64,000 nt of DNA, from positions 4,092,001 through 4,156,000 of the forward strand of contig OX597826.1 of assembly GCA_951406725.2 (NCBI GenBank), read 5' to 3'. Under the pieces are notes generated by a model. That model was not told the origin of the DNA, did no database searches, and saw nothing but the letters and a program-made list of their open reading frames with translations. Below are positions 51,564-64,000 of the stretch, piece after piece. Numbering within the stretch: position 1 is the stretch's first letter; every line of letters starts with the position of its first letter. The translations under genes were made by a program, and so were the position numbers. The stretch is from Octopus vulgaris. Taxonomy: Eukaryota.

Positions 51564-52201
51564 TGATACTAATTATAAAGACAACCAGAAACCGACAGCG
51601 AGAGCAAGCAGCACGTAACATCAACAAATACCAAAATACGAAAACATGTTTAAATAACCCAGTAGTATGGCCAGCGTTGTCTTCTGATAATAACTCATAA
51701 TACAGAAAAAGCCAGCAAATAACAATGACATACGTTGATTAGAAGCCATGAGATCAGCATAGCGTGATAGTGTAATAATACCCGAGAGGAGAGCAATATA
51801 GTTAGCGTATGTTTAACCTCGGCGGAATCGAATGGGTATCGAATGAATGCACAGGGTGCAGTGGTTAGTACTGAGGGCAGATTTCTCCGGTTACTTCATT
51901 AGCGTGGCCTGTTGTTAGTCTTCTCTTCTGCTACCAGCACTTGCTACTTGATGAACTTAGCGCTGTTTAGATTATCATCAGCTGAAGCAGTTATTCATTA
52001 TCTTTCTCATACCACACTCCTCTCTTTCTCTTCCTCCTCCTCCTCCTCCTCCTCTCTTTCTGTACATACACACATATATACAGGCATACGTATACGCAAG
52101 CATAGTTACATAAGCGAATAGATATAAGAAATAACAAACAACACAAAGAACATATAGGTAAGTACATGTAAGGTACTAATTATTTGTATATGATATATAT
52201 A

Positions 52202-52246
<45 letters not shown>

Positions 52247-52260
52247 GCACACACACACAC

Positions 52261-52314
<54 letters not shown>

Positions 52315-52670
52315 ATAGATATGTAAATAGATGAATAAGATAGACCGCTAGATAGAAGAATGGATGGATGGCAACATCAAAGAACAAATAATGGTGAAAT
52401 TACTAGGTGCGTATATAGCAAGAGATGAAGCTATACACATAGAGATGGAGAGCAAAAATTACAGATGCACAGACATCTACACACAGGTACACATCTCCTC
52501 ACACCCATACGTGAGAGAGATTGCAAATATTTGCTTGGTACACTACTCTTTAATTCAGTGAAATAATTGTACATTTAAAACTTTTACACTATTTCTATAA
52601 GTAATGGGATCTGTCTGCCTGTGTATATATATGCGTGTTTGGGGCATATATATATATATGTATGTATGTA

Positions 52671-52916
<246 letters not shown>

Positions 52917-54344
52917 GCCAGTGGCTTTTTCGTTCTTCCATTCATTTCTCTGACTCCGTTATTGCCTACTTGAAAAAAAGGAACAGAATATTTCAACATT
53001 CACATGACCCATGTATGGTTTACATTAAATCTGACGCATTAAAGATACCACAAGTTAGGGTTAGTTTTTATTGGTGAAAGCTTCTGCAGAACCAGCCACA
53101 TTTTTGGGAAACGATAACAGAATGGCGGTGCACATATTTCTCACAAACTTATGACAAATATACCACGAACTTTTCAATTAGAGTTCTTCATATCCTGGTT
53201 TAGTTACCTTCGTTACGCTTTAGAGTTCGAACTAGCCAGTTTGGTTTAATGCACAACTGGGTACCAAACAAAAATGTTCTAATATATCATTCAACAACGG
53301 TAGTAGTTAAATAATATTCTTAAGACCGCAATTTACACACACGCACCACCTTTCAGAGCTTGTCTCTAATTCAGTTCTGAACAAATTGAAAACTGTTCCT
53401 TACCTACATTTTGGCATAAAAAATTGAGATTTGGTCCAGTAGGAAAAATTTACAGCAAATTTTGTATCAACGTTATAAGAGATTAAGTAACACCACCAAT
53501 CATGTTGTAATCTACATAACTTATTTATTTTAAGACCAAAATATATTTCATCTTAGCTTCAATGATAGAAGAAAGCATGAAGGATGTCATAGCTTTGGTC
53601 TGATGCAGCAAAAGTTTGTATAAAAAAAGTTTTGAGGTAAAATATCACGAAAAGAAATTTAACTAAGGCAAAAAATTGGAATTTCGTATAATTAACTTTT
53701 TTATTTTAAATACAAACTATATTCTAATTAAGCTTAAATACTAGAGCTCGATTCGAGGAATTTCATGATACAAATCTCATGCATTGAAGTTTAAAAAGAG
53801 AAAAAGTTATGAGTGTTTGTTTCTCAAATTTGAGGGTGATAATAGAGTTGTATACTTTTTTGTGGATATAATTCTATAAGGGGACTTTTAATATATGTCA
53901 CCGGAATCATTTGGATAAGGAAAAAAATTATCAACGACACATTTGACACATTATTAATTAGCATAACAGCATAGCCTGGAAAAAACATGGAATACATGGA
54001 AAAATGCGCGCAATAGAAATCATATCCTTAAAATTATAAACGAGGAAAATTACAGGACAAGTCATTACAACTGCAACACATCAAGATAACTTATTACATC
54101 TGGTAAAATACGGAACAAGAAAAATATTACAGCTAAGGATAAAATCTGAATATTAAAAACTATTTTATTTTAATTTACAGAGTAGCTGCAATATTTTAAG
54201 TAAAACTTTTCTTATTTTTTACTTTATCAAATGTAATAACTTGTCGTGAACTTTTCCAAGAGTAATAACTTGTCGTGTAATAACTTGTCCAGGTTCATAA
54301 TCTTAAGAATATTATTTCTCTTGCACGCATTTTCCATGTAATAT

Positions 54345-54505
54345 ATGAGTCTAAATTCCACTCAGGTTGACTTTGCCCTTTACTTTTTCGGGGTCGATTA
54401 AATAAGTACCAGTTACGCAATGGGGTCGATGTAAACCACTTAATCCCTATGTCTTTCCTTTTACATCCCCTCTTTATTTAACTCCCTGTGGGCAATAAAG
54501 AAATG
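54345..54505 (+). mobile_element. Family-A SINE, 5'-truncated
   Basis: ggttgactttgcc..ttcggggtcgattaaataagtaccagttacgca..gggcaataaagaaat. Confidence 0.8.
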
Positions 54506-54714
54506 AAAATATGTATGTGGATATGTATGTGTGTGTGTGTCTGTGTGTTTCTCACGTGGAACGAAATTGAGTCTCCTAAGTTCTTTGACGACTTTTGTAT
54601 TTCATCCCAGATGTCCAAAATTCCCTCTACAAATCAAGCAGGTTTCGTGCTATTGCTGGTTTATCGCTGATGGACCAATCATGCAACAGATTGGGTTTCA
54701 TGTAACCAGTATAT

Positions 54715-55330
54715 GTTCTTCCTTATTTTTTCCTTCTTTCAGCCCCTCATATTAATGTTTCCCCTTTCATTATCCTTCATCTTGTTCAATTTCATCTATG
54801 TCGTGTTGATATCTTCATTGCATCTTCATTCACCTTTCTCATCCATCTTACCCCATTTAAAAAATTTTCTCCGATCGCAACTCCTTCCCGTTTAATCCCC
54901 TCCATTCTTTATTTCTTTTTCTTTTTCACTTTCCTCTTTCTCGTTGCTTGTTTTACTTATATTTAAATTTACATATTTTCTTTTTCATACACTTCTCTGT
55001 TTCGTTCAATGATTCTTCCTTTTTTTTTCTTTCTTCCTCGGGTTTCCCTATTTCTTACCATCCTTCACTATTTCTTACCATCTTCCTCTCTTATGCTCTT
55101 CTCTCTTACCATCCTTTTGTCATAGCTTTTTTGTTTCCATTTTCTATAATTCATTTACACCTTTCGTTTTTCTTTCAGTATCTTTATATTTCATTTTCCT
55201 TTTCCCTATCCCTAACTTTTCACTTCCCTATTATCTGAAAATATTTACCTTTCCCTGGCTTCTTCATAAAATATTATATAATTGCAGATCCAAAACAATC
55301 TTTCTTACTTTCACTTTTTATCATTTTTCG

Positions 55331-55368
<38 letters not shown>

Positions 55369-55550
55369 TCTTTTGTGATTGTCTCCCTACTTCCACTCAT
55401 TCCTTTCCTTCTCTTGTTTTCTGTCCATCTCTTTCTTTCTCTTTATAATTTTCCTTCTTTTTCCTCTTTATATCTTACGTCCTTTCCTTCTTTCTCCTTA
55501 TATCTTTCGTTCTTTCTTTCTTTCGCCTTCTAATCTATTTCTCTATTTCC
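54715..55550. repeat. Pyrimidine-rich (CT) low-complexity tract
   Basis: Strong C/T strand bias over about 830 bp. Confidence 0.8.
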
Positions 55551-55624
55551 CCTGTAACGGAAACCCGTGTTATTAGCCAACAGATGAACTCCAAACGACC
55601 TCTAAAGTAAATAAATACGGAATG

Positions 55625-56026
55625 GCTTAAAATGTTGGCACAAGGTCAGCAATTTCGAGTTAAGGGTAAGGCAATTACTTCAACTGATATTACTTTATCG
55701 ATCCCGAAATCATGAAAGGTAAAGTCGACCTCCGCGGAATCGAACTTAGAACGTAAAGATTGACAAAATACCGCTACACATTTTACCCGGCTTGCTAACG
55801 ATTTTGTCATCGCACCGCCTTAGAAAATAGACACATATTAGCCAGTAATTTCGGGGGAAGAGAAAAGTCGATTACACCAACCCAAATGTTTCACTGGTAC
55901 TTAACGTATCGGACCCCGAAAGAATGAAAGGTAAAGTCAACCTTCGAAATTTGAACTCAGAACGTAATGACGAATAAGACGCTGCTTAAGCATTTTACCC
56001 GACGTACTTTGCCAACACACCGCCTT
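55625..56026 (-). mobile_element. Two adjacent decayed family-A SINEs
   Basis: Each has tgaaaggtaaagtc..gaac..agaacgtaa..cattttacccg..caccgcctta. Confidence 0.8.
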
Positions 56027-56063
56027 AATAAATAAATACATAAGAATAAGAAATACACGCACG

Positions 56064-56121
<58 letters not shown>

Positions 56122-56666
56122 TAACTAGCCACTGGGTAATTGCAAGTATGTATATCACAACATATTCCTTATTAGATATGTTCGCAAAGAACATATGATT
56201 CGCTTTGAAAATGACAGAAGAAAATTATAATACCAAAAAGAGTTACAAGTCAGTGTATTCTCCTCATTGTCACTTGGCAAATTTCAGAAACTCTACTATT
56301 CGCGGAATTGTAATGACTATAGGTAGCCAGAAACAGCGGGCGGTACCTCCAAATTCTATTGATAATGGTGATGCAGGTAACTTTTTGATGAGATCTTATC
56401 GCAAAGAGAAGTGTACTCATTGGCTTCGGAATTCTCAGCATTCCTGGGATATTCTGAGATTCAGAGATTGAATTTAATGATTAGACATGGTTGAAAGACA
56501 ATATGTGTCTTTGAATTGGTTATACGTAACTGAGACTAATAAGAAAATGGAAGAGGGAAAGGTAGACTGTTTTTAAAGAGAAAAATACCAGAGGTATCTA
56601 CATGAACTCACAAATACACACACACACGCGCGCGCATGAATGAATATGCATGTGTTAACGTGTGCG

Positions 56667-56707
<41 letters not shown>

Positions 56708-56784
56708 ATATATAATTTGTGTATATATATATATATTTGTGTATAAATGTATATATATATATATATATATGTGTGTGTGCATAT

Positions 56785-56845
<61 letters not shown>

Positions 56846-56851
56846 TGTAGG

Positions 56852-57347
56852 GGAGGCACAATGGCCCAGTAGTTAGGGCAGCGGTTTCGCGGTCGTAGGA
56901 TCGCGGTTTCGATTCCCAGACCGGGCGTTGTTAGTGTTTATTGAGCGAAAACACCAAAAGCTCCACGATGCACCGGCAGGGCGTGGTGGTGGTGAAACTT
57001 GCTGTAATCTTTCGCCACAACTTTCTCTCACTCTTTCTTCCTGTTTCTGTTGTACCTGTACTTCAAAGGGGCCAGCCGTGTCGCACTCTGTATCACGCTG
57101 AATCTCCCCGGAACACGTGTCTGTGGAGTGCTCAGCCACTTGCACGTTAATAAATGAGCTGCGACGTCACTGGTGCCATGCTGTATCGGCCTTTGCCTTT
57201 CCTTTGGGTAACATCGGCGGCGTTGAGAGGGGAGGCTGGTATGTGTGGGCGACTGCTGGTCTTCCATAAACAACCTTCCCCAGACTTGTGCCTTGGAGGG
57301 TAACTTTCTAGGTGCAATCCCATGGTCATTCATGACCGGAGGGGATC
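56852..57347 (+). mobile_element. Chimeric SINE: family-D head and tail type 3 fused to family-C 3' half
   Basis: 56852-57040 aligns to family D; from about 57151 (aaatgagctgcgacgtcac) aligns to 18375-18574. Confidence 0.85.
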
Positions 57348-57365
57348 ACAACTATATGAATGTAA

Positions 57366-57413
<48 letters not shown>

Positions 57414-57674
57414 TTATACATGTATGTATATATATGTATGCATATTAATATATAGATACATAACAATATATAAATACGTATGCAGACATGCGCGCACAGA
57501 TCTGCTTGTGCGTATACTTACTACAGGGACCTTGCAGTGCGAGATACATCAATCAGCGCAAACGTCAACTATTTCGGCAACTTCCGTTAGAATAATATGT
57601 ATGTATGTATATATGTGTGTATGTATGTATGTATGTATATATATATGTATGTATGTATGTATGTGTGTGTATGT

Positions 57675-57726
<52 letters not shown>

Positions 57727-57959
57727 ATGTAAGTATGTATGTATGTATGTCATTATTCAGTTTCATTTCAACATTTATTGCCAATAGCGAACTAATCGTT
57801 TTCCAGCCTAGATCCAAAGCGCTATCATTGGAATTTCAACATCATCAGGATATTTTTGTATGTATGTAAATATATATGCATGTATGTATGTAGGTATGTA
57901 TATGTGCAGATTTGCGTTTTGTGTTATGTATATATCCTCATACATATACTTGCATGAGC

Positions 57960-58295
57960 AGACATGCAATTTCTGGAAAGCCTTACAAGTTCCAGTGATG
58001 ACTTGGCTCTGTAGTTTTCGAATCAGCGTTCTCCTTTTTAGTTTTGAGAAGCCTTATTTATCATGATTGGTATTTAGGCAGTGAGTCACATATCCCAGTG
58101 CCCCAATAATTATAGTCATAAACTCGAACTTGTAATCTGAATAGAGTAACTGTAGATATTTCAATAGTTCAGCGAAGATATTTTCTGCATTTGCTCATTT
58201 TTAGCTTCGAGTTAACATCCGCGGCGCAGCTGATTTCCACAACTGTACAGAGTTTCTCTTCTCTAACCCAAATCATTATATCAGTCTGGATCGAT
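57960..58295 (-). mobile_element. RLE non-LTR retrotransposon 3' fragment (third family)
   Basis: Minus-strand peptides DIMIWVREEKLCTVVEISCAADVN and YKFEFMTIIIGALGYVT. Confidence 0.7.
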
Positions 58296-58768
58296 GTTAT
58301 ATTTCTGCTCCTTGTGTTCGTCTTAGGTAGAAGCAGTCTACGTCGCTGTTGATGTGTAAATTATGTGCCTGTTACGATCTTCCGGGATTTCACATCAATG
58401 GCTCTGATCTCATCAAGCGTCCGATGAAGCAGCCCAAATGTTGGTACGTGAACTGGCACTCCAAACATATTCTGGGACACTGTTTTCCTGAATTTAGTGA
58501 GTTCCGAGGTTCATATTATATATGTATGTATGTGCGTATGTATATGCGCATATATGTGTGCATCTACGAACTAATGTATGTGTGCGTGTGCTTATATATT
58601 TATATTCTTGCATATATTACAATCGATCTGCAACCACGTGACTGCGTCAGGAACATTTCAATGAATTGTTCGTACTTCGCCTGTCTCTCTTCCCATTCTC
58701 CAACAGTGCTACACACAAAGACCTTATCAGAAATGTCATAAACAAGTCTTCCTATGTATGCGTATGAG

Positions 58769-58834
<66 letters not shown>

Positions 58835-58840
58835 CATACT

Positions 58841-58891
<51 letters not shown>

Positions 58892-59509
58892 CGTATGCAA
58901 AGTGATAGCTGAAATTCTTGATTTCTATTATCATGAAGTTTACCCGTGAAAACAATTGACAAATTGATAATTGATAAACACTTCTCCCACACTTGTATAC
59001 ATCATACGATATACATACATACACCCGCGTGTACACACACGTATATATACGCGCACACACTCATGCACCCACACTCCCAGTCATATGATTCTAAATCGCA
59101 TGTTATTTACATCTGTATTTGCCTATTTGTCTCTCTATGCATTCACACAAAATGTTACGAAACCATACAATGCATACATTTATTTAAGCATAAGTGTAAA
59201 TGTATATATGTAGATGTGTATGATTGTGTGTTTCTGCGGGTGTCGTTGTGTGTGTGTGTGTGTGCATGTCGTTGGGTGGTGGGGAGGGTAAATGTGTGTG
59301 GTGGGATTATGTTTGTGTATGTGAGTATATGTGAATGTTCGGCATTTATTGTTGTAAGTACGAATATTACGTTAGGCAATATATACACGAAGCCTATAAA
59401 GCTGGATAAAAAGTGAATATATATATCCGTTTGTTTCTCCCCCTAACACACAGGCACGCACACACACACACACACGCACACACACGCACACAAACACAGA
59501 TACACATCC

Positions 59510-59569
59510 TTAGATAGATAGGTAGACAGATAGATAGATAGATAGATAGATATATAGATAGAGAGATAA

Positions 59570-59645
<76 letters not shown>

Positions 59646-59699
59646 ATAAATAGATATAGATAGATAAATAGATAGATAAATAGATTGATAGATGCATAA

Positions 59700-59740
<41 letters not shown>

Positions 59741-59775
59741 CATACATAAATATATAGATAAATAGATAGATAGAT
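59510..59775. repeat. (GATA)n microsatellite
   Basis: Directly visible. Confidence 0.95.
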
Positions 59776-60963
59776 GCATACGCACATGCACCCATATATA
59801 TGTAGCTGTGTGCAAGTATGTACATATATAACCACACACACACACTCACACACACACACACACATTAAGCTTTAATAAACTTACGCGTTTATGAAATTTC
59901 ATGTTTGTTTTTTCATTTGGTGACGTACATTGTGATACTGACAATACGGATGTATACATATATAGGAACACACATGTATCATGCATATACACACTCACAC
60001 GTATGAACATATATATGCGTGTGTGTATTTATAAACAATCATATGTTCACACGTACACACACACACATGTATATATACACACACAATAATACATACATAG
60101 ATTTTTACTTGATGCCACTTCTTTGCATCGGATTCATGAATGATAATAAAATATACGTAATATATACGCGTATATATTTTTTGTTCTTATTTTCTGAGAT
60201 CTATATAATTGAATCTAAAGATATTTTTTAAAGGTGTTTCTCTCTATATATTTCATATGTGTATTCGTTTATATTTGATTGTACGTGTGCTGGCGAGTGT
60301 TTATGTTCGTGCTTATGTGTTTGTTGTGAGCTCTACAAAAAAATAATAATAATTTTTGAGTGTATACAATATTCTACGAACTTTCATAAATTCCTTTTCA
60401 CAAAGGAAAGTTTCAGAGAAAAAATATTTATCTATTCCAATATTTCTGCTTATGGCATACCCTAAGTCTTAAACTAGAATATTTGAAAGGAGTTTTAAAC
60501 AGGTAAACAACAGGGAAAAAAAAACAGAAACTCTGACGAAACATGCGTTCGATACGCGGCATGTTAACCTTTTTTGCTGGTTTCGATATTGTAAAATCCA
60601 GTAATAGATTGTTGACAGCCACGAAAATAACTTTTTATGTGATTCTTAATCAGGCGTTGATGGTATCTAAGATGATCTCGGCAAGGTGTTTGTCAGATTT
60701 AACTTATCTAATTTCATATTGCCCGGTGAATACATACATTGGTGAATGTTAAAATTTGGGAGTTCTTTTCTAGAATATGTAAATAGGATTCTACGTTTCT
60801 AAGATTATTTTCGTAATAGCGTGGTAGCAGTTTCCATCCCACCGTGCAGAATTTTGGGTCAGCTAACCAAAGCTTTCAGAGAATAATTTGGTCCACGGAA
60901 CCTGTGTTATGTGCAGTTGTTAGCCTGTGCAAAGGATTTTGGTATTGTTGTTGTTCTTCTTCT

Positions 60964-61155
60964 TGGCAAGGTCGTTAGCACGTCGGGCAAAATGCTAAGC
61001 GGCATTCCGTACGTCTTCTCATTCTAACTTCAAATTCCGCTGAGGTTCACTTTGCCTTTCATCCATGCGGGGTCGATAAATTAAGTACTAGTGATTCACT
61101 GGGGTCAATGTAAACAACTTGTCCCCTCCCCCATGTTTCAGGCCTTGTAGAAAGG

Positions 61156-61213
<58 letters not shown>

Positions 61214-61360
61214 CGTCGAGCTGGCAAAATCGTTAGCAGGCTGAGCAAAATGATTAGCGGCGTTTCGTCGCTCCTTATGTTCTGAGTTCAAATTCGGCTA
61301 CGGTTGATCTCGATTTTCGTCCTTTCGGGGTAGACAGAATAACTCCCAGTTGTGCACTCA
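60964..61360 (+). mobile_element. Two decayed family-A SINEs separated by (TTA)n
   Basis: Heads at about 60964 and 61211. Confidence 0.75.
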
Positions 61361-61673
61361 AGTAATACAGCCATAACGTGCTACAAAGTACATTAAATGT
61401 TTTTTATAGGTCTATTCTGTGTTTTACTATTGTTAGCAGTGCTATTACCTCTCTTTAGTTTATTTCTAAACAACGAGATCGAAGATGAAAAATAGGTAAT
61501 GACAAAATCAATGGTGCTTACAATTTCTATAGAAAATCTGAAACGATAACGTTAATAAGTGATATACTCTTTTATTCTTTGTATGCATAATACTTATTAC
61601 CGAGACGTAGACAAACCAACAGCGGTTGACAAGCGATGATGGGGGTGGGGACAAACACAGAGACACAAACATA

Positions 61674-62069
61674 TCTTTATATATAAAAGTGAAGTTGTGT
61701 GTCTGTCTCCTACGATTTAGATTCCTAACTACTCCCACATTTTGCGGTGCAGTTTAACCAAAACCGGGTATCTTATAGTCGTGATTCATATCGAGCCCTT
61801 CTGGGAATTAACGCGCGTCTACGATGAGTCTACGATTCTAAAAAAAATTACCATTAATTTTTCCATTTAATGCATTTTTTTCGCTATTATATAAGGGAAG
61901 TAACTCTCTAAAAATGTCTACGATGAGGCAACGATTTAAAAAAAAATTTACCATCATATTTTTTCCATTTTTAATGCATTTTTTTGCTATTTTTTGGCTA
62001 TAACTCTCTAAAAATGCTTATATTGTTATTTCCCTTACAAACCCGAGCAACGCCGGGCGATACTGCTAG
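61674..62069 (+). mobile_element. Non-autonomous Helitron, 396 bp
   Basis: 5' A|TC start (tctttatatataaaagt), subterminal hairpin cccg-agcaacgc-cggg, 3' CTAG|T end, no TSD; internal tandem duplication of about 99 bp at 61817 and 61916. Confidence 0.88.
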
Positions 62070-62675
62070 TATATATATATATATACGCACACATCAATAT
62101 TTGGAACGCAATATAGCAGAAAGTTTGGGTATTACCCGTGGTTTTCTACTGACAGGTTTCACGGCCATACTTCGTTCGAAATATTACGTTCTTGAATGTA
62201 AAATGCGAAACGCCTTCGACACTTCCAAAGCTTGTTTACAAAATGTTGTTGCCTATATATATATATATATATAATCCTCTCGCTCTTTTTTTCTTAAACA
62301 TATTTTCTATTTCACACTTAACTGCCTTTTCTTCAGATATTTATGCAGAAGCACTTCACTTATATTACATTTTCACACTATTTACTGACTTTGTACTCTC
62401 CCCCCTTCCCGACCTTATACCAGTTTTTATGTTATTATTTTTTCACACCAACTCTTTTTTTTTTCTCACGCCTTTCTCTCACCTGTATCTCATTCACACC
62501 CATTCACCTTCATTTCCCACAAATCTTACCCCACTCTTGCACACCTTCAGACTTCGCTAGTAACTACACGCACCTCCCCCTATGCCCATCTCTTCGTTCC
62601 GATACATTCCTATACAAGAAGACAACTTCCTAATTCCTCCACATAGTACCGTGTGCCCACTCAGACCCTAAACAC

Positions 62676-62886
62676 GTCTTCTACTTCTTCTTCTTTTTCT
62701 CCTTCTTTTTCTTCCTTTTCTTCTTTTTCCTCTTCTTCTTCTTCCGCTTCTTCTTCATCTTCTTCTTCTTCTTCTTCTTCTTCTTCTTCTTCTTCTTCTT
62801 TTTCCTCCTCTTCTTCTTCTTTTTCCTCCTCCTCCTCTTCTTCTTCTTCTTCTTCTTCTTCTTCTCCTCCTCCACCTCCTCTTCCT
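62676..62886. repeat. (TTC)n/(TCC)n microsatellite
   Basis: Directly visible. Confidence 0.95.
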
Positions 62887-63314
62887 TTCCCCGATCACCC
62901 TTCTTTCCACCGAAACGTTAAAGCCTGTCTTTCCTTTCAAGCCTTATACTAATAACATCTTTCTTAAAACTTGTGCATCTTCTGTGTTTTTCTTCATTTT
63001 ACTCATTCTTCTTATTCGCAAAAAAAACATACATTCGCAAACACAGATAGACAGACGGACGGACAGACAGATAAACAGATATTCATAATAGATAGATAGG
63101 GTTATAATTCAACAAGCGAAGTAAGGTAGCTAGTTAGAAAATCAGTATAAATATTATTTTAATACTTGTTCTGAAGAATTATAACAGAAAACAAAAAAAT
63201 GATTTGCTATTATTTATTCTACATTACATATATTACATTAAACAGGTGTTACGTAGGTATACTCATAGAAAAAACTTCAAGTTTTTATTCTGTTTTAATA
63301 CATTTTCATATATG

Positions 63315-63361
<47 letters not shown>

Positions 63362-63497
63362 TAACATTATAAGTTCAGCAAAACAATTTAGATTCAAATG
63401 AATATGGTACTTAATTTAGATGCACCAGAATTTTTTATGGTATTAACCATAAAGTTATGTGGGGTGATTGTAACCAAAAAATTGGTTATATACTAAC

Positions 63498-63584
<87 letters not shown>

Positions 63585-63881
63585 TGAATAATCTTGTTGC
63601 AGATTAATCAAAAGTTTAACCGATACCTTGGTAGCAAAAATCACAGCAGAAGAAAGCACGGTTGGAGATAAAACCTTTAGGTGTTGCAACCGTGCGTTGG
63701 TGCGGATAATTGAATTTTAGTATTATTAGTGAATTGAAGAAATGGAGTTGAACGAAGATTGAACAGAATTCCTTTTATTGCATTCTACACATGTTTCAAA
63801 AGCTACAATTTTCCAAATGCTGATTAAATAAGGATCCCATATTGTGGCTTTCTCTTCAGGAAAAAAATAGGAATTCCGTTG

Positions 63882-64000
63882 GCAGAACAAAACAGAACAG
63901 AGGCGCAGCAACGCAATTTGAACGAGGCGGCTCGTTCAAATTTGAACGAGGCGGCCTCGTTCAAATTGCGTTGCTGCGCCTCTGTTCTGTTTTGTTCTGC
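63882..64000. repeat. Nested palindrome: 47-bp perfect arms around a 20-bp central palindrome; runs off the window edge
   Basis: 63882-63928 is the exact reverse complement of 63954-64000; centre ctcgttcaaatttgaacgag (63931-63950). Confidence 0.95.

Noticed and set aside
52960-53880. Possible Tc1/mariner fossil
   Set aside because: No TIR pair or DDE motif could be read with confidence
54233-54290. Three copies of gtaataacttgtc
   Set aside because: Small slippage-type duplication with no further structure
56205-56471. 88-aa non-repetitive ORF
   Set aside because: No recognisable homology or splice context; length expected by chance
60528-60566. ctgacga aac-atgc-gtt c gatacgcggc as a hammerhead
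   Set aside because: GAAA is GATA, the cleavage triplet is GGC and stem I pairs poorly; too degenerate to call

Overview
Eukaryotic, AT-rich DNA saturated with repeats; the SINE families and (TA)n/(CA)n/(GATA)n density point to an octopod cephalopod (inference). No confident host protein-coding gene is present, and almost all ORFs in the track are microsatellite artefacts. The standout is at 1310-3648: six near-identical (>99%) head-to-tail 360-bp units inserted into a (TA)n tract, preceded by a 152-bp inverted piece with twin-priming geometry. Each unit carries a type I hammerhead ribozyme fold with a non-canonical CCGAUGA core, a palindromic minimal stem III and a GUC cleavage site, at the tip of a long rod-like stem. 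This fits a young retrozyme-like or Penelope-dependent element copied from a circular or multimeric RNA. Unrelated hammerhead-like motifs with variant cores occur at 3740-3815 (CCGAAGA) and 18690-18740 (G3-C8 swap), with further decayed ones and several fold-back remnants in (TA)n tracts. The rest is at least four tRNA-derived SINE families (tandem multimers, swapped tails, a chimera), R4/Dong-like RLE-LINE remnants, a TIR MITE, a non-autonomous Helitron, local inverted or shuffled duplications, and a nested palindrome running off the right edge.
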